A model generated the notes under the pieces. That model was given only the letters and a program-made list of their open reading frames with translations, was not told the DNA's origin and searched no databases. From Sarea resinae (lineage: Eukaryota), in contig JAPEUD010000005.1 of the NCBI GenBank assembly GCA_026026165.1, forward strand, positions 434,001 to 498,000: DNA of 64,000 nt, given 5' to 3'. Position 1 is the first letter of the stretch. Every line of letters starts with the position of its first letter. The position numbers and the translations under genes are program-made. Positions 38,384-53,040 of the stretch are shown piece by piece.

Positions 38384-38722
38384 CTTTTTCTTTCCCTACT
38401 GCGCCGCTGCCGCAGCGCAATATAGTCTCTCCATCAGTCCGTCCTGTGCCCTGAATAATCATCATGATAGTCAATTATTCAACATCTAATATCTGACATC
38501 TGACATTTATCACCTAACAATTCAACGGGTCCATCCTCGAGAAATTGGTTGTTTTCTTTTGTGTAGGACCTGTGTTACTCACTTACTCAGTCTCCCACTC
38601 AGTCTCTCTGCTCGTGAGATAGTGGTAGGGTTAGGGGGTTATGTTATCGTTGTTGTTATTATCATCCTAGCGGAGGTAGTGGTGGTAGTTGGTGGCGGTA
38701 GTTGCTGCTGTCATGCGAATAT

Positions 38723-38770
38723 CTGAACCCCTGAACCGCTGAACTTCTGAACCTCTGAACCGCTGAATCC
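38723..38770. repeat. 8-nt degenerate tandem repeat (CTGAAYNN) x6
   Basis: ctgaaccc ctgaaccg ctgaactt ctgaacct ctgaaccg ctgaatcc. Confidence 0.88.
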
Positions 38771-39229
38771 CTAGCAGCCTGCTCATACTCTCTACCACCT
38801 ACTCTCTACTACCGTCTCCCTACTCTCTACTTACCGTTACTTGGTAGAATTGTCATTATAGCATTTGGGTCGGTGGGGGTCTTTCTCTTTCTTTCATTTT
38901 CCCCCCTTGTTCTTCTCTCACTCTTTTCTTCTCCCTTCATCACAATATCCGGCCGTTTTCTCATACTTGGTCGAAACCCCTTCCCCCAGTTTGGCTTTTG
39001 TTTTTCTTTGCTTGCCTGTTCTTGATCTTTTTCTTTCCCTTCCTTTTTTTGTTTTCGTATTCGTTTTCGCTTTCGGTGGCTCTCGAGGGGTTGCGAGGCG
39101 GGGGCTGGGCGCGAGGAGGGAGGAGGCCGGGCACGAGGAGGTAGGGGAGAGGGTTGCAGTTTTGGTATTCGTGGGTCGACTGGAGGTCCTACTATAGCAG
39201 ATGCCTGTCCTTTCTTTTCTGTCTCTTTC

Positions 39230-39530
39230 GCTTTCTTTCTTTCTTTCTTTCTTTCTCTCTCTCTCTCTCTCTACCCGGTGGGAACCGTCGTGCGGTACTG
39301 CGTAGTAAGTCTTAGGGTTGATGGAGAAGCTCAGCCTAGCGCTATAAGCTCTGCTTCAGGGGGTAGGTACTACTAGGGCTATATATCTACCCTGGAGTAT
39401 GAATTCGTTGGCGCGCGGCGGGCGCTTTTCTATCACGCTCCTTTGGTTTTTGGTTTTTTTTTTTTTTTTTTTCGTTCTTCACTGATGGTTGTGGTTTTTG
39501 GGTTTGGTTTGGTTTGGTTTGGTTTGGTTT
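39230..39530. repeat. Cluster of simple repeats: (CTTT)n/(CT)n, poly-T, (TTTGG)n
   Basis: Read directly, downstream of the CCT4 stop. Confidence 0.88.
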
Positions 39531-39821
39531 GCATTTGGTTGCATTGATGGTTACCCCCTTGACTTTGACAGTCAAGGAGCTTGTTCTAGGGAGATGGTCT
39601 AGTACATGGAGCTTATATTTTGAGCAATGCAGATAATACAATGGCATGAGTGCCCCTCTCTCCGCGCATCATGATCTTGTTCCTGGCCTGCTGCCAGGCA
39701 TGTGTCTTGCTGTGCCATACCCCATGCCGTACTATGCCATACTATGCCATGTCATCCCGTCCGTCCGTCCATCCGTCTATTACTACCAACGACAACGACA
39801 AACTACGCTCATTTCGACCCA

Positions 39822-41757
39822 TCAGCGCGAAAGTGCAATATCGTCAATGCGGAGAATCATCTTGACGGTCTCGGCAGCGAGCTCAATGGCCGACGTGCTG
39901 ACCAACAGGGGCTGAAGGACGTTCTCATCGGCAATGTTATTCTTGACGCCGCCCGACTTGATGCTGACGCCGGCGGACTTCTCGCCCAGCGCGTGACGGT
40001 GGCGGAGATCGGTGACGACCTTGATGGAGTTGAGGCCGGCATTCTCGGCCAGCGTGGTCGGGATCACCTCCATGGCGTCGGCGAAGGCCTTGAAGCAGAT
40101 GGCCTCGGTGCCCTTGAGCGTGCGCGCGTGCTGCGCCAGCGCGTTGGCAATCTCGATCTCCGGCGCCCCGCCGCCGGCGATCAGCGCCTTCTTCTTCACG
40201 AGGCAGCGGATCACGCACAGGGCGTCGTGCAGGGACCGTTCGGCTTCGTCCAGGATCAGCGTGTTGGCGCCTCGGCAGACGATTGACACGGTCGACGCCG
40301 CGGCTTTGACGCCGGTTACTTTGACCATGCGCGAGCCCAAGGATTGCGTTTCTTCGACCAGGTCGGCCGTGCCGAGTTTGTCCTCGCTGAACGAGTCAAT
40401 GTCTGCGATGGGTTTGCAGCCGGTGCTCTTGGGTGGGTGTTAGTGGGGAGCTTTAGTGGGGAGGCAAGTGTATGGAGAAGGGATAGAGAATTACCTTGCA
40501 GATGAACTCGACTTCGTCCCTCTCGATGTCCTTGATGGCAAGGATGTTGAGCTTCGCAAGGAAGTGCAGGCTGAGGTCATTGACGGCGTCTCGGAGGATG
40601 GACTTTTGGATGAACAGGACGTTGCACTTGGCCTTCTTGATCTTCTTGACCATGTTGAGGAGATATGTCCGCTCTTCTTTCAGGATCTTGTCCATCTGTC
40701 GGTAGTCGTTGACGACGATGGAGTTCTCCATGTCGGGCTTGGGCGGGCTCAGCTGGAACTGGATCAATCCGATCCGTGCCTTTTCGACCCTCGTGGGCCC
40801 GCCGCCGCTCTTCACCACGCCTTGTGACAGGACTAGGCCGTCCACCATCTCGCTATCTTCTATCGTCCCTCCGACTTTCTTCAGTATCCTGATATTTCGA
40901 AGATCCACGTTATCGGCAGTCTTCGAGTCGATGGTCTTAAGAACCGAATCCACGGCCATGGGGCCAAGAAGGTTAGAGTATTGTGAAACGATCTTTGAGG
41001 AGAGCGAGGTCGAGGCAGCTTGCAGAAGGGTGGCGCGGTCGGTGAGGGAGATGGGCTGTGACATATCATGGAGAATCTTGACGGCGGCGGCTGCTGCCCG
41101 CTGGAAGGATTCGGATATGACGGTTGGATGTATGCCCTTTCCTAATAATCTCTCGGCGGCGCCCAGTAGACTACCTGCGATGACCACCACCGAGGTTGTG
41201 CCGTCACCTGCTTCGACATCCTGAGCTGCGGAGAGGTCGACCAGCATCTTTGCCGCCGGATGCATGACCGCCATATCTTTCAACATGGTATTTCCGTCGT
41301 TTGTCTGTGGTACATGGTCAGCGACCATTTTTCTTCGTTCGATGCGGACTGATGTTGCTTACAATGATGGTCTGGCCTTTTCCAGTTTGGATCTGCTTCG
41401 CGTCAGGGTGGTCCATCAAGTAAAATGAACAGAGCTCATACCATTTTATCCATTCCTCTTGGGCCGAGTGACTGGATACCATGTCAGATAAATGCCGTGT
41501 CGTTCTAGGGGTGTTAGAATTTCTGCTCACTGTTCTTATGGCGTCCGCGACAGCTATCAGAGTCAGTGGAATTCTCGAAGAGAGAACCAAGTAACAAACC
41601 TCTAGCGGCCACAATATTGGCCATCCGCACCGCCTGTGGCTTCTCCTTGTCCTATACAATCATTATCAGCCATGCATTAGTAGACATGAAAGGTATGTCT
41701 GCGAACCCTGAAGGCATTGTTGCCAGAGTTGGAGGCGACAGCCTGGGTGTTCGCCAT
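39822..41757 (-). CDS. CCT4: T-complex protein 1 subunit delta (CCT4), 7 exons, several only 23-30 nt
   Basis: [51 protein letters not shown]...[15 protein letters not shown]...[13 protein letters not shown]...GGGAPEIE...[12 protein letters not shown]. Confidence 0.97.
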
Positions 41758-42169
41758 GGCTCCTGGAAGAAATGTCTGACTGGGCTCGAGATATGATGGG
41801 AACGCGTGGAAAGCCTCTTCGTATTGTGTATGCGGAGGTCGTCACCGATTTCTTCAGATGCTCAATTAATGGCCGACGCGACTACATTTCGACGCTGAAT
41901 TATATCAGACTAGGCCCGTTTGGGCTGGGAGCTCTGTCAGCAAGCGAGTGTTGAGCCTCATGGAACTCATCATACCTGTACCTATCGACCTCACCAAGCC
42001 TTACGCATTCATCACCCATCAACACGTATCTGCCCATCTCATTATCTCATTATCTCATTCCGTATATTCTGATTCCAACTGGACAGCCAACAGTTATCGC
42101 CTCTTACTCTTGTCTATCGACGTCTTCCATCAACTGCTGGCGCTCCGTTGACGCCCTTCTTTGCCCAGC

Positions 42170-43663
42170 ATGCCTAGTGCCACTGGCCAGAACTGGGAGA
42201 AGTACAACAAGACCTTTGCAGACGACGAAGAACCAGAGAAGAAGATCACTCCTCTGTCGGATGAGTATGTTTGCGTTCTAGCATTGGGAATGCTCTTGTC
42301 CCATGTCACAAAACTAACGTCTATCAGGGATATCCAAGTTCTCAAGACCTATGGCGCTGCACCTTACGCTGCTTCGCTGAGGAAGCTCGAAAAGGAAATC
42401 AAAGAGAAGCAAGCTAGCGTCAATGATAAGATAGGCGTCAAGGTAGCCATCCTCAAGCGGCTCCGTCAGTCATAGTCTAACATGCCACAGGAATCTGACA
42501 CTGGACTCGCTCCTCCACACCTATGGGACGTTGCAGCAGACCGGCAGAGAATGCAGGAGGAGCAACCCCTTCAGGTAGCAAGATGTACGAAGATCATCCA
42601 GGACGAGAAGGACCCCGATAAAAGCAAATATGTCATCAACGTGAAGCAGATTGCGAAATTTGTGGTCCAGCTAGGTGAAAGAGTCAGTCCGACCGATATC
42701 GAGGAAGGAATGCGGGTTGGGTATGTTCCCAGCTGTTACGACCATTATTACCTGAGGAGCGCCATGTTACTGACTCCTCATAGTGTTGATCGGAACAAAT
42801 ACCAAATCCTCCTTCCACTACCTCCTAAGATCGACCCCAGCGTCACGATGATGACGGTAGAAGACAAGCCTGACGTGACCTACGGAGATGTTGGTGGGTG
42901 CAAGGAACAAATCGAGAAGCTTCGAGAAGTCGTGGAGATGCCACTCTTATCGCCAGAACGCTTTGTCAACCTCGGTATCGATCCTCCGAAGGGTGCTCTT
43001 TTGTATGGTCCTCCCGGAACGGGTAAGACTCTTTGCGCAAGAGCCGTAGCCAACAGGACCGATGCAACATTCATCAGAGTCATCGGCAGTGAACTTGTGC
43101 AGAAGTACGTTGGAGAGGGTGCGAGGATGGTTCGGGAGCTTTTCGAGATGGCACGAACAAAGAAGGCTTGTATCATCTTTTTCGACGAGATAGACGCCAT
43201 AGGTGGTGCTCGATTCGACGATGGTGCTGGTGGAGACAATGAGGTTCAGCGGACCATGCTGGAACTCATTACACAGCTGGATGGTTTTGACTCTCGCGGA
43301 AACATCAAGGTCATGTTTGCCACTAATCGGCCGTCCACCCTCGACCCGGCTCTCATGCGCCCTGGACGTATCGACCGAAAGATCGAGTTCTCCCTACCGG
43401 ACCTGGAGGGTCGTGCGAACATTCTACGGATTCACGCCAAGAGCATGTCTGTCGAGCGGGATATTCGATGGGAGCTCATCTCTCGGCTGTGCCCCAACTC
43501 GACGGGTGCCGAGCTCAGGAGTGTGGCGACGGAGGCGGGCATGTATGCCATCCGCGCCCGGAGAAAGGTGGCGACGGAGAAGGATTTCCTGGCGGCGGTG
43601 GACAAGGTGATCAAGGGCAACTTGAAGTTCAACTCGACGGCGACATATATGCAATACAACTAG
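42170..43663 (+). CDS. RPT1: 26S proteasome AAA-ATPase Rpt1 (PSMC2), 4 exons
   Basis: [27 protein letters not shown], Walker A GPPGTGKT, Walker B IIFFDEID, ending [12 protein letters not shown]. Confidence 0.98.
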
Positions 43664-44516
43664 AGGGGTTTGGACCGACGGCGAGCGAGGGGACTTTTTC
43701 TTCTACTACGTTTGGTGGGCACGGGGGACACGGGCATCCTTGTGATCCTCACGGCGGACGACGGGGTCCATGGGCATTGTTGTATATTAGGCGTGGCGCA
43801 GTATGATGTCGACGGTCGTTGGTCGTTTTGCTGCTCTACTGATTCCAGATGGTCCATCAATGAAGCAAAGTGTCTCGATGCATGGTCGTGCCGCGGTCGA
43901 GTACTGCGTAGCAGAAGTAAGGTACATGGTGTGTCGAGCATCAGCGGCCCAAAGGGAGGTCACGCCTCTCGGCTTTGGATTACCTCTAGGCACACGGCCA
44001 TTGGCTGGTCGGCTGTGCTACCTGACTTAGCCGAAGTTCGGGCGGGTGATGGAGCAAATGGGCGACACTTACTACCTATGCAACTACAGTACCACTGAGC
44101 TACCACGGAGCTACCACTGATCCTCTACCTCACGACTCCGGCTACCTGGTACGAGGTACTCGACGACGGTCGGGACCCCCGAGTGCTCCCGGGCACGGTA
44201 GAGCTCCGAGGTCACTGCCGGCCCAGGGACAGCGGCAGAGGTACAGGCGTCGTGCTTCCGCAGGGTATTCGTACCGTGTACTCGTGCTGCGTGCTGGATC
44301 TACACCGGAACCTTGCTTGATTATCTCACCAAATCTCGCCCGCCGCCATCCATTCCCCGATCCCATACCTTACTTTTCTTCTCTCCACCGCCAAACAAAT
44401 CACTGTCTCCGGCCTTCTCAACACCGGCGCTGATATTGATTTATCGGCTTGGATCACCTGCTTTGCCCCTCCGTGAGACTTGCCTTGTTGCTTCACAGAC
44501 AACGACATCGGTCAAG

Positions 44517-46880
44517 ATGAGCTCTCTCGGTTTGCGGAGTCTCACCTCGGCTTCAAAGGTACGCCCCGGACTTCGCCGTGCAGCACCGCGAATGAGAATT
44601 GGGTGGCAATCGTGGTCACAGAGATCCTAACAGAGACAACCGAATAGCTGCCAAAGGGGTTGCGAAGCCAAACTCGTCTTTTCTCGTCGACGAAGCCTGC
44701 TGGTGCGTTCATCTTCATGTCTTGCCTCCGGACCGATCGGGCTAATTGCGACTTCTGCAGCTCGAATCTTCGCCAACCAGCCACTACGCGCAAAGGAGGC
44801 CTCACCATTCGTGAGCAACAAGTATCCAGTCGTCGTAAGTGGGATCCGATTCCAGGCTCGGCATGTCTTCACGACTAATGACCAGAAAAGGATCATGAGT
44901 ACGACGCCATTGTCGTCGGTGCTGGTGGGTCGGGTCTTCGGGCGGCTTTCGGTTTGGCCGAGGCTGGATTCAACACTGCCTGCATATCCAAACTGTTCCC
45001 GACCAGAAGTCACACCGTAGCTGCACAGGGCGGTATCAATGCGGCTCTTGGGAAGTAAGATCTCCGACGCTCAATCAAATGGGGAATGACATACTGATTC
45101 CCCGTGATTTTAGTATGCACGAAGATGACTGGAGATGGCACATGTACGACACCGTCAAGGGTTCGGATTGGCTCGGAGACCAAGACGCAATCCATTACAT
45201 GACCCGAGAGGCACCGCAAAGTATCATCGAGCTTGAGAACTACGGCTGCCCATTCTCAAGAACCGAAGATGGCAAGATGTATGCCACGCCGATTCTCTCT
45301 CTCTAAAGTGCCATGCTGACGGCCGATTAGCTATCAACGAGCCTTCGGCGGACAGTCGCAGAAATTTGGAAAGGGTGGTCAGGCCTACCGATGCTGCGCT
45401 GCAGCCGACAGGACCGGTCACGCTCTACTGCACACTCTCTACGGTCAATCTCTCAGGCACAACACCAACTATTTCATCGAGTACTTTGCTCTCGATCTTC
45501 TGATGGAGGACGGTGAGTGCAAGGGTGTGATCGCCTACAACCAGGAAGACGGCACTCTGCACCGATTCCGCGCTCACAACACCGTGCTTGCCACCGGTGG
45601 TTACGGACGTGCCTACTTCAGCTGTACCTCGGCGCATACTTGCACTGGAGACGGAATGGCCATGGTTGCTCGAGCAGGTCTACCCAACCAGGATCTGGAG
45701 TTCGTTCAGTTCCACCCGACTGGTATCTATGGTGCAGGCTGTCTTATCACCGAGGGCGCGAGAGGAGAGGGTGGGTACCTGCTCAACTCCGAGGGTGAAC
45801 GTTTCATGGAGAGATATGCCCCCACCGCCAAGGATCTTGCCAGCCGAGATGTTGTGTCTCGGTCGATAACTCTGGAAATTCGTGAGGGTCGTGGTGTCGG
45901 TCCCGACAAGGACCACATCTACCTTCAATTGAGCCATCTGCCTCCGGAAGTCCTCCACGAGCGTCTGCCGGGTATCTCCGAGACTGCCTCTATCTTCTCT
46001 GGTGTCGATGTCCGCAAGCAGCCGATTCCAGTGCTGCCGACGGTGCACTACAACATGGGCGGTATCCCTACCAAGTACACCGGAGAGGTCTTGACCGTCG
46101 ATGAGACGGGTGCCGACAAGGTCGTCCCTGGTCTGTTTGCATGCGGTGAAGCCGCCTGTGTCTCTGTGCACGGTGCCAACCGTCTGGGTGCCAACTCTCT
46201 TCTCGATCTCGTCGTTTTCGGTCGGGCCGTTTCCCACACCATCCGCGACAACTTCACCCCCGGCGCGCCTCACAAGGAGATTGCCGCTGATGCCGGTGCT
46301 GACACGATCGCCACTCTCGACAAGGTCCGTACCGCAGATGGCCCGAAGTCGACAGCTGAAATCCGATCTGCCATGCAAAAGACCATGCAGACGGATGTCA
46401 GCGTCTTCCGGACGCAAGAGAGTTTGGACGAGGGTGTCGAGAAGATTCGCGACGTCGATCAAATGTACAGCCAAGTCGGAACCAAGGACAGAAGCATGAT
46501 CTGGAACTCGGATCTCGTTGAGACTCTTGAGCTGAGGAACCTGTTGACCTGCGCGTAAGTGCTCTGATCTCATATACCTGGAGTCTATTTTGCTAACAGA
46601 GACAGCGTCCAAACCGCCGAGTCCGCCGCAAACCGCAAGGAATCTCGTGGTGCTCATGCCCGAGAGGACTTCCCCGACCGTGACGACACCAACTGGATGA
46701 AGCACACCCTGTCCTTCCAGAAGGAACCCCACGGCAAGGTCGACCTGACCTACCGAGCAGTCCAGAGCCAGACGCTAGACGAGAATGAGTGCGCAGCGGT
46801 ACCACCTTTCAAGCGGTATGTTTTCATCGTTCATTCCTTCACCTGAGGTGATGCTGATTTCTTCCAACAGAGTGTACTAG
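44517..46880 (+). CDS. SDH1: Succinate dehydrogenase flavoprotein subunit, 8 exons
   Basis: Mitochondrial presequence, [31 protein letters not shown] (covalent-FAD His), [29 protein letters not shown], ending VPPFKRVY. Confidence 0.98.
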
Positions 46881-47656
46881 GCGCAGTATCAGACCCGTTT
46901 GGAGCAAATTCGACTTTAATCGCACAAGACAAGCGAATGGCGACCACCCCGGAGTTTTTATATCCATGTACCTATAGCCAATCTATCATGTTCGTTGGAC
47001 TAGAAAGAAGCGTCGATCTCACTCGGCTTGGTTTCGGTTCAGATGGCGAAGAGAGGAAAGGCAGTGGTGGCCGGCGGGGCGGGGCGGGGCGGGGTCGGAC
47101 TGCATGCTTTGCAGGTCTTGCAGAGCATGATCGTACTCCTATGATATGCGTGCGATATTTTCAGGTTTTACATCGCGCAAATCAAATTTGTAGATGCCCC
47201 CGAGTTGTTAAGAAAGCTTACAAGCCAAGCAAAGAAAAACCCCTTCTACTGTACTTAATCTTTAAATCTCCTTTGTACTTAAAGCCTGCTTAGTAGTTCA
47301 AGAAATCTTCTCAACCTGTTGTCTTTCTGCACTGGACTTCGTTCTGCTAAAGATTTACCAGCTGCTGAAATACATCGGAATGGTATCTAGGTTGCCTTTT
47401 CGACTGAGGCATCAAGCCTATATGATCCAGCTGGCATACTTGATAATTGACAAGCAGACTTATAGCATTGCAGTATTTATCTAGGTTAGTAGGTCGCTCG
47501 CCAGATACTTCATCACGGACAACAAATTATTGCCCAAAGAACAACATCCATTCCAAGTAGACTCTTGTCTCCTGCAACGCCTATACTCCGTCCAATGCCG
47601 GTAGAAAGTTGAGAGCAGCTGCACGACGTGCAATGATCCATCCTGACAGAGGTCGA

Positions 47657-48113
47657 TCATGACTTCAGCAACTTGTTCCTCTTCTCCCTCCGCTTCACCC
47701 TCTCAACTCTCTTCCGGTGCATCTTCTCGGCCATCTTCTCATACCGCTCCTTCTCCTCTTTGGCCGCTCGCTTATCCTTGATCGCTTGGATGCGTCTCTG
47801 TGGAGGCACGTTAGCAGAGCTCAGCCGCGATTCGACACACTGATCCGGACCTGTCGCTCAGCCTCTTTCTCATCCTTCATCTCTTTCTCTTTGGCCTTCA
47901 TGGCGGCGCGGGCTTTCTGCTCCTCGGCGCGCTTTGCGTAGGAGGTCAAGCCGGACTTTGGTCGGAACGCTGCTTTCGGCTCGTGCCATTGTTTGCCTGG
48001 GCAGAAATCAGCTATGGGCGTCCTGCCGAAAGCTGCCAGAGGGACTGACCATTCTTCCGCATCCCTGAGGCTTGCGCCACGGCGGGCGCGGCGGACGATA
48101 TCTCTGTAGACAT
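47657..48113 (-). CDS. CGR1: rRNA-processing protein Cgr1 (3 exons)
   Basis: Not in the ORF track as a whole. Spliced: [18 protein letters not shown]...[62 protein letters not shown]. Confidence 0.93.
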
Positions 48114-48682
48114 GACGACGCTGGAGCAGTGCGAGACTGCAAACGTCGACCGATTATCTTTTCTTTTTGTGGTTGATATTGTGGTGGTCTCAGCGGTGTG
48201 AACGTAGAGTCCGTTGGTGCTTGGCAAGAAGATTGTGGGCCAGAGGTTCTGGATTCGTGGTGATCCCTGTCCGCCCACAGAGAATTTTCATCTGATTAGA
48301 TACTCCACTACACCCATCTATCACTCAACGCCGATATTATTAATGTGTAGGTTATCACCAGCACACAACACCGGAGAGGAAATTCACATCTGCTTTTCTT
48401 TCACTTCCCTCCAACATCTTCGACTTCCTTCTCCTCTACCGCTCTCATCACCCGACTGGCATTTGCCCGTAAGGCCTCACCACATCTCGACGCCCTACGA
48501 TTGCAATCAGCCTCGGCAGGCCTTTGTTGGCTCACCGCCTCCGCTGCCCTCCTTCACTGGCTCTACATCGCGCACACGATGGAAGGACGATAGCATTTTC
48601 ATTTCAATAGCTCGTCGGCATTTCTGAAGCTACCCTCTGCCTCGAACGACTTCCGGTCGACGTGGGCTATTCGACAAGCTCA

Positions 48683-49941
48683 ATGCAAGCTGCTCAGACA
48701 CCCGTTACTGTCTCGACCCAGGCTGAGAGCAGCCCCACTCTGGTCGCAGAGGAGCGAATGGAGACAAAGAGCCAAACATCAGAGGCCGCCAAGGATATTG
48801 TCTTTGGCTCCGTACGTCCTCGTCCCCGTCACTCGTGCGCATGCGCCTCAGTACTGCATGCTGACATTCTACTTCCCGTTTGACCAGGCTGCTGGCGTTG
48901 TCGGCAAGTTCATCGAGTACCCGTTCGACACGGTCAAAGTCCGTTTGCAGTCGCAATTTGATCACCACCCATCTGCGCAGTATAACGGGGCCATTGACTG
49001 CTTCCGCAAGTCCTTTCACCAAGATGGCTTTCGCGGTCTGTACCGTGGCATCAGCGCGCCCCTGGCGGGCGCCGCCATAGAGACGAGCAGTCTCTTCTTC
49101 AGCGTGAGAAACGCCCCTATTTCTCTCTCACACAAGGACCTCCCTAGCTGACAAGAAGCGCACCCGGCAGTATCGCATTGCGCAAGAAATCCTCCAAGCC
49201 ACGATCCTGCCGCCGACCAGCCCGCTGCCCATATCCGCGCTCGTCACCTGCGGCGCCGCATCCGGCATGTTCACGTCTCTGCTGCTGACGCCCATCGAGC
49301 TCATCAAATGCAAGATGCAGGTGCCGCTCTCGCCAGCAGGGCCGCCTGGCATATCTCGCCGCCATGCGCCGGGGCCCCTGAGCCTGATCGCGTCCGTGTA
49401 TCGGCACCACGGCCTCGCGGGCTTCTGGCACGGACAACTCGGTACGCTGATCCGCGAGACGGGCGGGTCAGCCGCCTGGTTCGGCAGCTACGAAGCCGTG
49501 AGTCTCGCGTTCCGGTCCTTGGACGCTGAAGCATCCACATCTGCATCTACATCTACGTCGCCGTCCACCACCACCACCATCAACGACAGCCCCAAGCCGC
49601 TCCCGCTCTACCAGCAGATGGCTGCGGGCGCCGCCGCCGGCATCTCCTACAATTTCATGTTCTACCCCGCCGACACGATCAAGTCATGCATGCAGACGGA
49701 GGAGGTGGGGCCCCTCGCCACGGCGATGACTCCGCCTCACCCTCCTCCTCCAGGTGGCATCCAGCCACCACGACAACCACCGCCACGACGACGCACCTTC
49801 TGGTCCGTAGGCCGCGCCATCTGGCACCAGCACGGCGTCCGCGGCTTGTACCGGGGCTGCGCCATCACGGTCGCTCGGTCCGCGCCTAGCTCCGCCTTTA
49901 TCTTCTCGGTGTACGAGGGCCTGCGGTCGGCGTTTGCATAG
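48683..49941 (+). CDS. ORT1: Mitochondrial carrier, most like the ornithine transporter Ort1/Arg-13 (3 exons)
   Basis: Three carrier motifs ([30 protein letters not shown]), plus [10 protein letters not shown] and [17 protein letters not shown], characteristic of the Ort1 subfamily. Confidence 0.85.
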
Positions 49942-50623
49942 TTTGGCGTAGCAGTGTGATTGCGAGTCCGATTTCAAGTCTGACGTTTGAGCGTGTGGGG
50001 GGTATGACGGACTGTCCTAGTTTGAGCGTTGTGTTGCGGTGCGGAGCGGTGCGTTCGTAGACATCAGACATCGGTGTGGCATCACATTCCATTCTATTCT
50101 ATTCCATTACATTAAATTACATGACCCTCCATTCCATTCCATCACCTCACCACACCTTTCAGCAACGACGCACGAGCACGAGCACGAGCATGAGCATGAG
50201 CATGGCGCGAAGTCTGGCGTTTTTTTGGGTTCCCTCCTTTTTTCTTTTCTTTTCTTTTTTTTTTTTCTTTCTTTCTCTCTTTTGGGTAGACAAAACGAAA
50301 AAGGAAAGAAAGAGATTTCTCTTTGATATATGTGATTACCTTGCTGTGTCTGTGTCTGTATCTGTGTATATGATGTGATGTGATATGATATAAGGGGGGT
50401 GAGAGGCGGTGGGGTAGAAGGGGGGAAATAGTAGGGTAGGGCTGAGATAGGCTATTGATTGTATCTATCCATCTATCTAGCGGAATAGCTAGGTGTAGCT
50501 AGGTAGGGTGGGCTAAGGTAGGTAGGTAGCTGTTTATTTATCGATTTATTTGTTTGTTTGGCTATGACTGTCCGTCTGTGTGTGTGTCTGTTGTACCTGC
50601 GTACATTGTGGTAAGTATGGCGA

Positions 50624-50690
50624 TGAGTGGAGATGAGTGGAGATGAGTGGAGATGAGATGAGTGAGATGAGTGAGATGAGTGAGATGAGT
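50624..50690. repeat. (GAGATGAGT[G])n tandem repeat
   Basis: About 7 units of 9-10 nt read directly. Confidence 0.9.
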
Positions 50691-50699
50691 GGGACATGC

Positions 50700-50834
50700 G
50701 GACGTGTAGGACGTGTAGGACAGCCAGGACGTGTAGGACAGCCAGGACAGCTAGGACGGCTAGGACGTGTAGGACGTGTAGGACGTGTAGGACAGCTAGG
50801 ACGGCTAGGACAGCTAGGATGGCGAGGATGGCAG
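50700..50834. repeat. 9-nt minisatellite, 15 units (GGACGTGTA / GGACAGCCA / GGACAGCTA / GGACGGCTA / GGATGGCNN)
   Basis: Units parsed directly from the sequence. Confidence 0.93.
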
Positions 50835-51300
50835 GGACGTGCTCACAAAAGGCATGGAAACAGAAACGGATAGATATCTCAGCATCTCAAGATCTCGTCT
50901 CAAGAGATCAATGCATCGATAGGTCAAGGCATCAGAGAGGTTAAGCCAAGCCGAGCTGAGCCGAGCTGCGCAGTAAACAGCAAGCAGGAAGCAGTAAGAG
51001 ACATGACACCCGTGCATCATGTTCCATCCCATCCCATTCATCCATCCGTCCGTCCAGTCTACTTTTCCGCCTGTCCGCCCAAGCAAGTAATTGATTGATT
51101 AAATGACCGCATCCAGCTATCGCCTTGCCTTGCCTCGCCTCCACGTAAATCGCCCAGCAGAGTCAAGCTAGTTAAGACATCACCTAGGAGTCTGCGACGA
51201 CGACGACGACGACGACGACAAAGACGCCAGGCAGGGCGCCCTAAGCACCTTGGACACCTTAGGCGACCTCTAGCCCGCCAGGCTCGTCCGTCGAATCTTC

Positions 51301-52786
<1,486 letters not shown>

Positions 52787-53040
52787 TTTCTACCACGGTG
52801 GATGAAGGCGGGGCAAGATAGGTGAGGGGCGGAGAGCTGCGATGCTGATATGCGCTGGCTACGGCTTCTTCCGGTCACGATAAGGATAAGATTACTATTT
52901 CGAGAGCAGCTGCAGATGGTCAAGTTTGATCAATTCAGACATGTAGGCGATGATGTTTACGGCACGTCTGCTGCAGAACTGTCCCAGCCCCAGGTGATTC
53001 CTCTGACATAATTCCACACTGACTTCCGGACGTCTTTCCT

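Noticed and set aside
38217..38474. ORF with ESEG repeats
   Set aside because: Product of the 12-nt tandem repeat.
38626..38636. TAGGGTTAGGG telomere-like 11-mer (also CCCTAACCC near 23782 and TTAGGGTT at 39312), considered as a telomerase RNA template
   Set aside because: Short matches compatible with chance in 64 kb; low-complexity context; no pseudoknot or CR4/5-like element recognisable.
45680..46732. 350-aa minus-strand ORF (similar cases: 12586-13440, 15103-15705, 39702-40286, 42880-43239)
   Set aside because: Antisense shadows of well-supported genes (SDH1, VPS10, CCT4, RPT1), caused by codon bias; no recognisable motifs.
50700..50834. Repeat array considered as CRISPR-like
   Set aside because: Contiguous 9-nt units with no unique spacers, no cas genes, eukaryotic context.
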